Assembly (NCBI GenBank): GCA_976551045.1
Contig: CDPCPM010000106.1
Location: forward strand, 24,490,001-24,554,000
DNA length: 64,000 nucleotides
Origin: Glaucostegus cemiculus
Taxonomy: Eukaryota
Direction: 5' to 3'
Position 1 is the stretch's first letter, and each line of letters opens with the position of its first letter. The translations under genes and the position numbers were made by a program. Below, piece after piece: positions 38,955 to 52,225 of the stretch. The notes under the pieces were generated by a model that was given only the letters and a program-made list of their open reading frames with translations, did not search any database and was not told the DNA's origin.

Positions 38955-41085
38955 CCGAGAATTCTACACAGTCTGAAATTGTTCCTTGTGATAGTCCTAA
39001 ACAAGAGGAAAATTATGATGATTTGTCTGACACTTTTTTGTCTTCACTGGAGGATCAAAGTTTTGGTAGTGGGCCTGAATACAAAGATTTGTCTTTGTCA
39101 AGGAAAGAATTTATGGTGGAACAGAATAAAGACCCTGAACTGACTGAACTGAGGGAAAAAGCACTCTCATGTGAGGAAATTGAAAAAGTGCCAGTTGGAT
39201 ATTATGTCAAAGATGGATTGTTAATGAGGAAATGGAGACCACCTCATGTCCCTGTGAATGAGGAGTGGAAAGTTATTCATCAGGTTGTAGTTCCTAAAGT
39301 TTATCGGGATGAGATTTTAAACCTGGCCCATAGCATGCCTTTAGGTGGTCATTTAGGGGTGAATAAAACTGTGGGGAAGATTTTGAAACAATTCTATTGG
39401 CCTGGTTTGAGAAAGGATGTGGTGATGTTTTGTCGAACCTGTCATACATGTCAGATGGTAGGTAAACCAAATCAAAAACCCCCTGTGGCTCCTCTGAAAC
39501 CCATTCCTGCTTTTGGTGAACCCTTTTCAAAGGTGATTGCGGATTGTGTTGGACCATTGCCAAAGACTGAAGTTGGGAATCAGTCCGTGAGGAATGTCCC
39601 TAGGACATCTGTTGTTGACAATGAGGAAGGCCAATGTAGACCAAATATTGTTTCAGCAAGGCTAGAAAACCAAAATATCTTGGAGTACCTTGAGACAAAG
39701 TTGGACCATTTACAAGATTCACAGAAACGGCAGATGAAACAGTTACTTTTAAAATTTAAAAATCTTTTTCCCAATGTGCCAAACAAAACATCAATAATTA
39801 CCCATGATGTTGACGTTGGGGATGCAAAACCAATCAAACAACACCCATATCGAATGAATGTGGATAAGAGTAAACTTGTTGATCAGGAAATTGAGCATAT
39901 GTTAGAAAATGATATCATCAGACGTTCCAGTTCAAACTGGAGTTCGCTCTGTGTTATTGTGCCTAAACCTGATGGAACCATTAGATTTTGTACAGATTAC
40001 AGAAAAGTGAATGCTGTGACAAAGTCGGATGCATACCCCATTCCAAGGGTAGATGATTGTATGATAGAGTGGGGACAGCCAAATTTCTTACAAAGATTGA
40101 TTTACTAAAAGGGTACTGGTGTGTTCCATTAACAGAGAGAGGAAGGGAGATTTCTGCCTTTGCAACCCCTTCTGGATTGTATGAATACAATGTTTTGCCA
40201 TTTGGAATGAAAAATGCCCCAGCAACATTTCAAAGAATGATTAATTCAGTGATTCATGGGTTAAAACATACAGATGCCTACATTGATGATCTAGTGACAG
40301 GGAATGATACATGGGAGGATCACATTATTGCATTAGAAAGGTTGTTTGAAAGACTTTCCAAAGCTAACCTTACAGTCAATTTGGCTAAAAGTGAATTTGG
40401 CCATGCCACTGTGACATATCTTGGTTATGTTGTAGGTCAAGGCAAGTTAGCCCCTGTTCAGGCAAAAGTTCAAGCAATATCTGAATTCCCTGTTCCTACA
40501 GGTATCAGGACTGTTAGAAGATTTCTGGGAATGGTTGGATATTATCGGAAATTTTGTAAAAATTTTGCTGATATTGCTCTTCCCTTAACTAATCTTCTGA
40601 AGAAGGGAGTGAAATTTGTTTGGACAGATTCTTGTCAAGAAGCATTTGAGAAGCTAAAAGCCATTTTGTGTTACTATCCTGTGCTCAAGTCACCTGACTT
40701 TGAAAAGCCATTTTCATTAGCAGTAGATGCCAGTGATGAAGCTGCAGGAGCTGTGTTGTTGCAGAAGAGTGACCTTGATGATATTGACCATCCTGTAACT
40801 TACTTTTCAAAGAAGTTTAATGAGCATCAGAAGAATTACTCTACGATAGAGAAAGAATTGCTTTCACTTGTTTTAGCCTTACAACATTTCAATGTGTATG
40901 TTTGCACAACTCAGAAACCGTTGATTATATACACAGATCATAATCCGTTAGTGTTTCTGAGCTGAGTGAAAAACATAAACAGACGGCTGTTAAACTGGAG
41001 TTTAATTCTGCAAGAGTTTGACCTCATGATAATTCACATTAAAGGCAAAGATAATGTAATTGCTGATTGCCTTTCTCGATGTTAA
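38955..41085 (+). pseudogene. pol remainder: integrase (HHCC zinc finger, core deleted), reverse transcriptase, RNase H
   Basis: AHSMPLGGHLG..CRTCHTC and DCVGPLPKT, then a break near 39584; RFCTDYRKVN; frameshift near 40060; YIDD; AVDASD..YTDHNPL; TGA at 40963; ends NVIADCLSRC*. Confidence 0.93.
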
Positions 41086-41210
41086 ATGAAAGACTTGTAT
41101 CGTTACTAATCTGATATACTGTTATTATGTAGGATGATAATTATTAACATCACTAACTATATGCGCGGGTAATAATTTATTTTTGGAAAAAATTTTGTTT
41201 GTGTGGGAGG

Positions 41211-42046
41211 TGTTACGAAGTAGCTTACTATAGGCAAATATCCCTTTAAGATGGGACATTGTGTGTGTGCGCCTATAAGAACGTATTACATCAACAGAAG
41301 ATAAGACTAACGTGATGAGGTCATTACAAGAAAGAAAATGAGAGGAGAGAGAGAGAGACAAACAGACGGAGAGAGAGAAGAAGGAGAGACGGCAGCCTGT
41401 TTTGTTTCTGTCAATGGATGAAGGACAGTAACTGTGTTTGTCACTAAAATCCGTGGATGGATTTCTGGAGTAGTCCAGTGGAGTTCACTTTGTCGGTAAC
41501 CTGTAGAAGGACACAGGTGTTTGCATGGATGACCACATTTTGGATGCTCTTCAGAGTGGCAGATACTGTGGAACAAGGTGATGGAATTCACTTTGCTGCT
41601 AACCTGTAGAAGAACACAGGTATTTGCATGGACAGTCACGATCCAGGAGCTTTGGAGGTGAGAAAGTCACTACCGAGTTAGCCCTGAAGTGTCGTTCGAG
41701 TTTCGAGTGGAACATTCAGATTTCGTGATTCCTCTCTAATCTCTCTCTATATCTATGTTTTGTCTTAGGTGGACGGTGCTTGTGAAGAAGCCTTTATTCG
41801 TGTTTCATCTTACGGCTTATTGAACTGAACTTTAAGAACCAATTCCTGGACTTTGAGTTTAGGAATTCGACACACACACGACGAGTAGTTTTTGAGGTTG
41901 TAGTTTAAGATTCTAATGTTTTGTTTTGTACTAATATACTAACATTTTGTTCTTATTTTACATATTATCAGAAGTAGTTATTAATAAAGTAGTTTTAACA
42001 CTGAAGTATGAATTGGTGTGCTTCTTTTGTTGCTGGTTTCGTAACA
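41211..42046 (+). repeat. 3' LTR, 836 bp
   Basis: Follows the PPT; TG...CA termini; followed by TSD TAAG. Confidence 0.95.
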
Positions 42047-43759
42047 TAAGGGATAGCCACTTGTATCACAGCATGGAATTTAAAAATATTTAATATTAAG
42101 AATGTGCCCAAAATTGGACCTCTCTATATTCCTGCCATATATTGTTTCTCTCTTGTTCTGCTCCTTTCTTCAATTACTTTGCTGCATGACTTCAAACACT
42201 ATCTACAGATTGTTCACTGTCCATCACACAATGAAGTTGGCGATTGTTTAATGCACCAGATGAAGATGCACTTGGTGTGACTGTCCAACATCCTCTTTGA
42301 ATGTAAATGTTAAAAGCCACTAATCAATTTATTCATTTCCAAGACAGAGGCCATTCAACAATTCTTTCTCATCTGCTTCAAAATATACCCAGGCACCTAC
42401 CCTAGTCATGATGCCTCATTTTATTTTGAGGACCTATATCCAATCCATTTGATCTCAATCCCAATCACTACCGATGAGTTCCCTTCCCTTCCTGGCTTTC
42501 ATGCTTACAGGCATTGTACATCGCTCCCCCTTCCAAAACACTGTTCTCTCCCTTTTAATGTCACTTTACAACATCTTCAATAAACCCACTTTGAATTTTC
42601 TACCTCTCCATTTACTATCCTGTTCTCGCTCTCTGATTCAGAAAGATATATCAGCTGCAACTCTATTCAAAATCCCCTGTTCAAATTCCATCACTGTATT
42701 GCAAAAATGATTCTCCACACAACCATAGAAATATTCAACATGGTCTATAAACAGGTATGGAAAGATCAATGATGGCTCTGTGCACAGCCAAAGAAATGAT
42801 CCTGTGGATAATGTTACCAATACTACCTTTTTTTGTGCACCTCCTTCCAATTTCCCTTATTGTTGACAATCTTTCTCTGCCTTAATTTATCTTGCTTCAT
42901 ATGGGAACTTGACATGGAGTTCTTATCTCTTAAAAGGCAATTGTCACCACAGAACAGTTCTGCCTGTAATTGTGACAGTAAGCACTGCTATCACTGTATT
43001 CTCCAAGTCACCACTAAGACAATTCTAGACCGACCTTTCTGTGTATTTAAAACATTCAACTATAACTGAAGCTTTTTTTGGCAGACAAATATTTTCCTTG
43101 ATTTCCCATGGAAAGGACAACAGGACATAACACTTTACCAAATGCAATTGTCACCTTGTCCCTTATGGCTTAAATGCATTGAGAAAAATGCTGGTGGATC
43201 CAGCAATGGAGGTACAATTCATATGACAGTTTTATAAAATTAAGAAATCACACCCTAAACATGTAACAATCCATGACAGAGCTGGCAGAAGCAATGGGCT
43301 GTGGTGAGGGATGAGGCCAGTAGGAGATAGCTAAAGTGAGCTGAAAATTGTCAAGAGTGCCAGTCATAAGAATTATACAGCAGGGAAACAGGCCCTTCAG
43401 CCCAACTTGTCCATGCAGACCAAGATGTCTATCTGAGTTAGTCCCATTTGTCTCTGATTGTCTTTTTTATTGCACTAATGTCTTATTTTCTTTTCACTGT
43501 CCTGTATAATTTATGTATAATTTATATTCTGCATGCTGCCTGTACCTACATGCCTGTGATGCCACTGCAAGCAAGTTTTCATTGTACCTCTACCTCACGG
43601 GACTTGTGCACGTGACAATAATCTTGACTTGACTTGCTTTGCATCAGAATTTCTATTTGAGCTAGTCCAAATTGTTCCGTCCAAGCTAGTCACATCTGCA
43701 GTATAATCTAGGAGTAGGGAAAGCTTCTGAGAGGAAGGATATTTCTTGTATTTCCCTAT

Positions 43760-44060
43760 AACATAGAAGCCCATTCAGCCCATCAAGTCTATGCAGAGCA
43801 TTCCCATCAATCCCATTTCCTCCCTGTAACATATTCCCTCTCACATGCCCATCAACTCCCCTCAATTTTCCTGCCACCCACCTACACGGGATAATTTAGG
43901 GATAATTAACCTGGTGGCAGTTATTTAGCATGTGGGAGGAAAATGGAGTACTCAGGGGAAACCCATGCAGTCACAAGAAAAATGCGCAAGTGAGACTGAA
44001 ACCCAGGACACCTGAGCTGTGTGGCAGCAGCACCAACTTCTGTGGCACCGTGCTGCCTAC
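43760..44060 (-). mobile_element. V-SINE, older subfamily
   Basis: Reverse V core tgtgggaggaaa..gaaacccatgcagtcaca. Confidence 0.7.
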
Positions 44061-44459
44061 TTTTGCTGATGGCTTTCATCTTTAGTCACTCGGTAAACGT
44101 TAAGTGAAATATACTGTAGTTTTAGCAATAGCTGTGCCTACTTTACAGTACTCCTCTATTCAGTTGCAGACATGACTTGCTCCTCACCGGCACAAAACAG
44201 GACTGCTCAATGCCCTTCAATGTGGTATGTTTCGCCATCTGGTGGTTTATCCTGTAACCTACTATACTCCACATATTGAGAATAAAAACATTAGCAGCAA
44301 TTGGGTATAGCAAGTTCTGTAGCTACCTGGTCTGTTTGAAAATGGTGACTAATGCACTGGCCAGAAAATAAAAACAAGTTCAAGATTACCACTAGTAGTT
44401 AGTTTGGATATTTTGGATCTCTGCTCTTTTGATCATACTGTCACTTCTGGTATACCACA

Positions 44460-44800
44460 GCATCACAGAGAGATACAGCATGGAGACGGTCCCTCGTTCC
44501 ACTGAGTCCCTGTTGACCATTAACATGGATCCGACATTAATCCCAACTTCTTTTCTCTCCCTACATACTCGTCATCTCCCTCTTGGATTCTACCACTCAC
44601 CTTCACACTAGGGGCAATTTAGAGTGGCCACCTAACCTACCGACACACACAGCTTTGAGATGTGGGAGGAAACCAGAGCACCCAGAAGAACCCATGCAGT
44701 CACAGAGGGAATTCATGAACTCCACACAGAGAGTACCTGCAGTCAGGACTAAACCCAGATCTCTGGCGCTGTGAGGCAGCTCTACTGGCTGTGCCACTGC
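44460..44800 (-). mobile_element. V-SINE, older subfamily
   Basis: tgtgggaggaaaccagagcacccag is the reverse V core. Confidence 0.75.
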
Positions 44801-45054
44801 AAGTCCACCCTTGGTCCCTTCAGTTCATCAACCACATACCATCCCCACCAAGACGTAATCTACATATCACATCTTCTACTTCTGCAGTCACCACAGACTC
44901 CTCCAAATTCACTGCAAGGACAAGTGAAACAATGTCAGTTCCCTCTTTCAGGCCAACTGATTCCCAGTATCAGTTGGGTACATTGGAGAGGTCCTTGGGA
45001 TTAAGGGTGATTCACTTCGAATCTGCTTTTGTTCTGAAGTAGCTATTCTGAAGC

Positions 45055-45350
45055 AGGCATGGTAGTTTAGTGGTGAGCATAACACGTTACAGCACTAGCA
45101 ACCCAGGTTCAATTCCGGCCGCTGTCTGTAAGGAATTTGTATGTGCTTCCCGTGTCTGTGTGGGTTTCCTCTGGGTGCTCTGGTTTCCTCCCACATTCCA
45201 AAAGACGTAGGGGTTAGGAGGTTGTAGGCATGCTATGCTGGCACCAGAAGTGTGGCGACACTTGTGGGCTGCCCCCAGAACACTCTATGCAAAAGATATA
45301 TTTCACTGTGTGTTTTAATATACATGTGACTAATAAAGATATCTTATCTA
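45055..45350 (+). mobile_element. tRNA-derived V-SINE
   Basis: B box GGTTCAATTCC and V core; same subfamily as 26345-26625 and 52527-52685. Confidence 0.85.
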
Positions 45351-45439
45351 TTGAGGTCAATGTGGGGCTGCAGACTCTTCCACAGAGGAAACAAGTGATA
45401 GCTGGCAGGGCTGGTTTGTGAATTGTTGCATTCCTTTGG

Positions 45440-46080
45440 CCTTCCATACAGAGCCCCTACATGACCTGATGTGTGGCATAAAAGTTCACAATACCTCCCT
45501 GATGCTCCTTTTCCACTTTGAGTGATTGTGGGTCAGAGATTCCAAGGAGTTAGTGGGGATGTCATGTTTCATCAAGGAGGTTTTGGAAACATCCCTGAAT
45601 CTTTTCCTCTGTCCCCTGGATCTTCCCATGATCTTTCGGGAGCCTGACATTGGGCTTGGGGCATGGCCTCCCCAACATAGCCGACTGATTGCAACTAGGG
45701 CCTCAGTGCTAGGGATGTTCACCTGGGAGAGGTCACTGACATTGGTTAGCTTGTCCTTGCAGTGAAATGAAGTATTTTATCAATACAACATTGGTGGTAA
45801 TTTTTCAGAACCTTATAATGACTATTCTAGGTTTCAGAAGCACAGAGGAGGGCAGGGATGGCTACTGCTCAGTAGAATACAAGATTTGTGTCATGTCTGA
45901 GGAATTACCCTTCAAATATCCCTTTCCTCAATTGACCATCAGGCATTCTGGTGTATTGAGGGCAGTGGGGAGTTTCACCATCAATGTCTACCTTCCTCAA
46001 GATGTCTTGCGGAGGCCCATCCACCTGAATGCCTCAGTGAAAACCTCAACACTGGAGTTGATCCTCTGAGCATGTGCAAA
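45440..46080 (-). mobile_element. RTE-clade LINE fragment
   Basis: RLCWGGH..RSRGQRKRFRDVSKTSL..KWKRSI resembles an RTE C-terminus; a related + strand remnant lies near 20700-21030. Confidence 0.65.
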
Positions 46081-46934
46081 TGCATGCACCATTTGCATAC
46101 TGCAGCTTGACTGCTGAAATTGGGTAAACTTGGTTCTGAAATGTTGCTGCTATATGTTGAACTGCTTCCTGATACTTAACTCCACTGCTGTGGAAAGTTT
46201 ATTGGAAGGCATGGATTGGAATGCGTGACTGGTAATCAAGCCAGTAAATCTTCTAGCCCACACCTTTCTTTCTTCAGATTAACTTCCTCATCTCACTGCT
46301 CCTCTACTTCTAACTGCAACTTTCTCTTTCAGCTATTCCGCTCCTGCCTGTTAGAACACTTATGCACAAGTACTTCAGCACTGAACACAAAATATAAGAC
46401 ATAACAAACAATGTGATCATGATAGATGATACCAAAGATGTTGATATTAACTTGAAGAGCAGCAGCTGAGGCAGTGACTCCCTCTGCTCTGCTTAATATA
46501 TTGGGATAATCAGATAGGAAAGATCACAACTGATCTGAAGCCCTAAGTGAGCAAGTAGCAGGCTATAATGGCCTGCACCTGCTCCTACTTCTTATCTTCT
46601 TAAAGTGCACACTTGTGAAAAGTAGTTTAATTTATGGAAGAGTTAGAAAATTCCCAGATCATTCCTGCCATGTTTAGGGGTATGTTTGACCATTTTACTG
46701 CATAATGCATTTTGGAAAGGATTATATTTAAATAAAGCTCAGACAGAAGATTGATAAAATGCAGATGAACTATGCATTTAGTTTTGCACAAAGGATTAAT
46801 AATGAAAAGCAATTCAGTAGTTTAAGGACATCTGATCTTGGTTTTGAAGATGGAGGTTGTGGATATTCAGGAATGATTTGGCATAGCTCGTTTCCTTCGA
46901 GTTGTTTTGAAAACAGGGACAGAAATCCAAAATT

Positions 46935-47085
46935 AGAGAAAATACTCAGCAGGTCAGGCAGCACCAGTGGAAAGAGAAAGAGAGTTAATGCATCAGGTCA
47001 AAGACCCTTCGTCTCCCTCTTTCCACAGATGCTGCCTGACCAGCTGAATGTTTCCAGAATTTTCTATTTCAGATTTCCAGCATCT
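46935..47085. repeat. Palindromic dispersed repeat, same family
   Basis: cagcaggtcaggcagcaccagtggaaagag / ctctttccacagatgctgcctgaccagctg. Confidence 0.75.
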
Positions 47086-49539
47086 GTTTTTTTTTCATTT
47101 TCAGGAGCTGAAATAAACACTGCAGTCAAATTTCTAATTGGAAAGATGTTGGGATTGGCATTCATCCTGACTTTGAAGATAATTGTGCTAGAATTATGTG
47201 TCTTGACAAGACTGATAGTATCAATTGAATCAAGTAATCAAAACAAAAGCCTTTTCAACTTTTTGGGAATAAAGAAACTTGATGTTTCAAATGTCGGACA
47301 AATGAGTAAATTGTCCACCTGCGCAAAATCTAGTGAAAGAAATAACATGTATTTTGATAAGAAGACAAGATTATTACATAACTTTGGACGTAGCATCAAT
47401 TTTACATCATTCGTTAAATCTGAAATGTAAAGGTTATGGTATTTATTTACAGCTGTGCCTGCCACCCTTAAATCTACCTAAGGCAATCTTGAACTTGGAA
47501 CATCTACTATAACATAAGCACTAAGGAGCCTTGCATCTTGTGGCAGAATGCCACTCTTTGGGGTAGGAGATGGGCAGGGATGAAATTCCAGATGCCAGTG
47601 TTACAGAAGAGTGTAATTTTAAGCTCCAAATGCCAGCCATGAGCTAAAGCAGTGAATAAGTTGTCTTTTCCTCAGCCAAGCCTGCCTTGTCCTTGACCTC
47701 AGGTAAAGTGACTATCTCCTAGAATGAGTAGTTCAAGCGCTTGATTTCATCAAGCCAGATTTGTTGATGGGTTCTTAATCAAAGTACAGCAGCACTGTTC
47801 TATGGTGTCTAACATTCCTTAGACTTAGCATAGCCAATGGTTTATTTAAAATTAATATTCCAAGGGATTGAGTAACACAGTCAGTTAAGAGAGTGAGCAG
47901 AAAATTTAAAGTCATAGAGCCAGTGCCTTGTGGACAAAAATGGTGCACAATGTGTGGGTGCATATTTGTAATGGAAATCACTATTGTTACTCAACATTAG
48001 CTGCTTACAGGTTAATTGCCGGTTGGGTTCCTCTGGTTATTGCTATGGTTCTACAATGTTGGAGAACTGTCATCCCTTATGAGCCCCTGTGCATGTTATA
48101 ATCCATTGACAATAAGGCAATAATCCAAGTTGTCCTTGCACAAATCCAGATTGAAACTCCCTTCTGCAATTAGGTGTTGTTTGTGCTGCAGTGCCAGCTC
48201 AGAGATCTGCTCTCAGGTGCTGCATCCTGGCTGGGTTCATAAAGGTGTTTGGACACTGCTTGCACGTTGTACTGGATAATATTCAAGTTCTGTACAAAAA
48301 TCTTGTTCCAAATTGGTCTTGGATTCTTCCAAACTCCTTGGGATTAATTCCTGGCTTTCTGGCAGGTTCCCAATATAATAAGCATTAAGTGCATAGCATC
48401 AGCCTTCTTTAGTCCACAACTCTAATGAATCCAGTTGTAATTTCACCCTTTGGTGTACTGGCACCAGAGAAACCCTTGACCCTATCCTGACTGAAGGTCA
48501 TATTTGCTCTCTGTCCACCACATGCAGACCTTATCTCTGTGTATCTTTTAACTTGCGTGTCAACATTTGGTGGTTGTGTGATTGAAATTGAGAGACAGTA
48601 TGTTTAAATCAATCTTTTTGTTCTCCCTCCATTGCCCTATTAAATATATTCTTGAGTATCTGAAAGGCAAAGCCTAAAGCAGTGATGAGAGGAAGGAACC
48701 CAAGTGGTGCCTACTCACATCTTGTAAATCAAAACAGATTGTGGGATGGGGAAGGAGCTAGATCTGGAAATGAGGATTAACTAGGAGGTAGCAGTCATTT
48801 TGAAAACTTAATCCCTGCCTTTGACCATGCCCCAACAATTGATATTCCAGTCACAGTTAGCACCCTCTCTATCAGTGTTAGTGCATGCAAACACCTTGAC
48901 TGAGACGGAAGCAGGTATGTCAGAGACTGTCACACAATACACTTAATGACATGATTGTCATGGTTGAATGGCTTCCAGTCTGTGCTAGCTGTGAGAGGAG
49001 AGTGTGAGGCTTGAAGTACTGCTAAGTAAATGAAGTTGAAGTAAAGTATCCGAACGTTAGATACAAGTCCCAATTGATAGACTGAGTTGAACATTGTGGC
49101 TACTCATCCAATAAGTAGGATATGACATTTGAAGATGCATTCACCACTGATACAACTTCTTTCAGTGTTACATCCAGGCTTCCTGATGATCGACAAGTAC
49201 CAGACACACTCACTCTTCACCCTGAATCATGTAACTATCAGGAAACCCTTACATCTTAACTCACAGATTCTGAATGAATTGGGCTCACAGCCTAATGTGT
49301 CGCAGTCTAATGTTGTGCTTCATATACATCCAAGAAATGGCAGACACAGGTCTCTCACCAGAGTTACAGTAGGAGTATGGCAGAACATTTAGAAACTCAG
49401 GACTATACCAAACCAGGCCAAAACCAAACTGGAAGTGCCTAATGAATTATCTATGTAAAGATGTATCAGTTTAATTTGTTTTTGAAATTAATTATTTTGT
49501 CATTGCAATTGTTTGGTGAACACGTGAAGAATTTGTTAC

Positions 49540-49661
49540 CTGGCTTAAATCATCATCAAACCTCTTTGCCTGGGAACCAAACCCTTTCTTCTCAGCGATT
49601 TCATACATCACCGTTTGATATTTGGTTGGTATTGTTGAGGTCACCATGGATGGCTGCAATC
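49540..49661 (-). CDS. STPG1: STPG1 coding exon (GLQPSMVTSTIPTKYQTVMYEIAEKKGFGSQAKRFDDDLSQ)
   Basis: tgtag| and |gtaaca; 122 nt, phase 1 to 0; EKKGF.SQAKRF matches human STPG1. Confidence 0.95.
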
Positions 49662-51957
49662 CTACAGTGCAACAAATGCAAAACAACAATGCTATTAGAT
49701 GCAGAGATTAGAAAGTCTATTTTATTCATCAACTAGCAAAATATATCCTGCCAAGAAACAAAGATTAACTATCATACTTATTGTGTGATATTGGAACAGG
49801 TACCTCTAATCTGCATTATTTATTGACTGATTGATTGAGATACAAAATAATTCTAACTACAATGCAGAACTGTTTACATTGTTATCCTGGTACATTTGCA
49901 TGCCATTAATTACAAACTGTTTGCCCAGGATCAAGTGTGGTAAATATAATTGAAAATCAACTGATACATCTTAAGCATTAATGGAATATTAATACAAATG
50001 GCTTAAAGGATGTGAATTCATTGCTTCTAAATATGATATAAAGTTATTGTCTAAAGATAAATCCTGATTAAATCCTTACTGATTGATTTCCTCCTCTGAA
50101 TAACTAGTGCCAAAACAAAGTAATTTACAGATATTTTAGAAACAAATATATTAAGCTTAGAACATTATGAAATTAGGTATGGAATTTTCATACTTTATTC
50201 TGTCCAAGATTACACAGAAAACATCTTTCCAGATTTTCAGAAAAAGGAGAGGTAAAGCCTATAGTTACCTTCCTGCCAACATATTTTTCACTCCCAACAA
50301 TACTCCCATGGTTCTAGCCCCTGCCCCCCTCCCTACCCACAGGAGGGTCAACTTGGGCCTGAATCTATACATCTTTAGAAATGACTTTGGGTGCAGTAAA
50401 GACATCCCCATTATGGTACAACTCACCATCAGCAACCCTGGAAACTTAGGCAGACAGAATACCTGTTCCACTGGAATGGCATTGCAAAGAGAGCAACCCA
50501 GCTCTGGAGCTTGGACAACCTGCCATCTTGTTCCCAGATCAAAGAACTATTTGTCATTCATAGACTATGATTTCTTTACTTTCTACTTTGAACTCTTCAT
50601 GTGAATTTGAATCGAGATAAAATTGCGCATTTGTCCCACTTTAGAAGCACTCTGATATAGCTATAGTAATATTAGAAAGTGCTTGTTTTGCCTGAACATC
50701 CTTTTAGATTCTCTTTGGTTGATTAATTGCCCTAATCCATTGTGCCATTTATCGGTATATTCCTGACTTAACACAATCTGTATGGTCTACAAATTGTGCC
50801 GCATCAATAAGAGCCAAGTGCAATACACCCAGTGACTATTTTATCACATGGAAAGAATGTCTTATCTTAGGTAGAAAATCTCTTTCTGATTTGTTTCCTC
50901 ATTGTTTGCACTGATTGGGAGGATAGTGTATACTCTAAGTGTCACATTATCTATGAGGATCTCTTTTACATTGACTGCATTCTTCTGAGTTCAGTTTGAT
51001 AAACCTAGACAAACTCAGCAATATTTTTGAAGTGATTGTTTTGATAGATCTTGGTTTCTGACTTCTATCTTATGGTTACCCTCAGGCTCAAAGGTCTCAT
51101 TGGCTTGTTTCATTGGTCTCATAAGAGAAGGTTTTATCCACAGTAAGAAGTTAAATTTAATTGCTGCCAATAACAATTTAATTTGTGGGCATTTCCTCTA
51201 GTTTAAATCTGTTGAAAGCTGGCGCCAAAACCACAGACCGTAAAAAATGATTTAATCATCCTAAGGACTGACTCTCAGATGTTTCACTCCTTCCTCCAAC
51301 ACCCCTCCAGCTCACAAACTATAACTGCTCAGATCACTGGACCAGCAATTCAGCAGCAACTGGTAAATCCATACTTTTCTGGATGTTTTAAGATTTCCAT
51401 GTTGAAATACATCACTCTAGAACTTAGATCAAGCAACTCTGGCTGTGAATCTCACTGGCATAGATGATGCTTTTACCATGGATGATAGTGTTGTTCCTCA
51501 TGCAATGCTCTTTAAATCATTGTTGGGGAAATTAGTTTACATGACACTGAGGTGTGCCTCTTGTTGGCAGATTCAGGATAACAATATTTTAATAGCGTTT
51601 CTACCCCTGATTTAGAGGGTGAGCAGATCCAGTCCCAGCAATGGGAATCTAACTAATTGCCCCAGTCATATCATCACTGCAGCCAGTTCTCCTCTACACC
51701 TCACTGGTCTGATCCAAACACCCAACCCTAGCTTGTGACCCTAAGCCAACCCACACTCAGTGAATTGTATTTTACTTTCTTAAAGATTTTGGCAGATTAT
51801 ATTCTTAGTTGCTTTTTGAAATTACGCCATTCAAGAATTGCAGAAATATGGAGGACATTACTTGAAGTTAATACAAAGAAAAGAACATCCAAAATTTTGA
51901 AAGTAAACACACTCCAGCAAATTCGTTAGAAATTCAGCTGTATCTGACAGATTAAAG

Positions 51958-52225
51958 AAACAAAGGACTGCAGATGCTGGAATCTAGACGAAAAAAACTA
52001 TGATGCTGGAGGGTCTCAGCAAGCCAGGCAGCAACCGTGGAGTTAACTCTATGATGCTGGAGGGTCTCAGCAGGCCAGGCAGCATCCGTGGAGTTAACTC
52101 TATGATGCTGGAGGGACTCAGCAGGCCAGGCAGCATCCGTGGAGTTAACTCAATGATGCTGGAGGAACTCAAGCAGATGCTGCCTGGCCTGCTGAGTTCC
52201 TCCAGCATCATAGTGTTTTTCATTT
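51958..52225. mobile_element. Palindromic repeat with an internal 51-bp tandem array and a 13-bp flanking duplication
   Basis: Units start at 51998, 52049, 52100 and (partial) 52151; inverted arm 52172-52223; TGACAGATTAAAG on both sides. Confidence 0.88.

Larger units (their letters stand above)
34093..42046 (+). mobile_element. Gmr1-like Ty3/Gypsy LTR retrotransposon, defective and rearranged, in STPG1 intron 3, antisense to the gene
   Basis: TGTTACGAA...TTCGTAACA LTR termini, TSD TAAG (34089-34092 and 42047-42050), PBS, gag-PR-IN-RT-RH, short PPT GGGAGG before 41211. Confidence 0.95.

Noticed and set aside
34184-41639. Five near-identical 104-159 aa ORFs (MTVHANTCVLLQVSS...)
   Set aside because: They are the antisense frame of the LTR left half, repeated because the LTR is repeated. 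Most use non-ATG starts, they end in a CT microsatellite, and no domain is recognisable.
34093-42046. Endogenous retrovirus, suggested by the MLV-like tRNA-Pro PBS
   Set aside because: There is no env, the RT and RNase H are Gypsy-type, and integrase precedes RT.
46759-47430. 223-aa ORF
   Set aside because: It runs through a palindromic repeat and AT-rich intron, with no recognisable motif or splice support.
50167-50604. 145-aa ORF and the overlapping - strand ORF with a donor-like site
   Set aside because: No homology recognised, and the donor phase (2) is incompatible with the next STPG1 exon.
51998-52170. Regular direct repeats that look CRISPR-like, with ORFs on both strands
   Set aside because: These are 51-bp tandem units without unique spacers, in eukaryotic DNA with no cas genes; the ORFs follow from a unit length divisible by 3.
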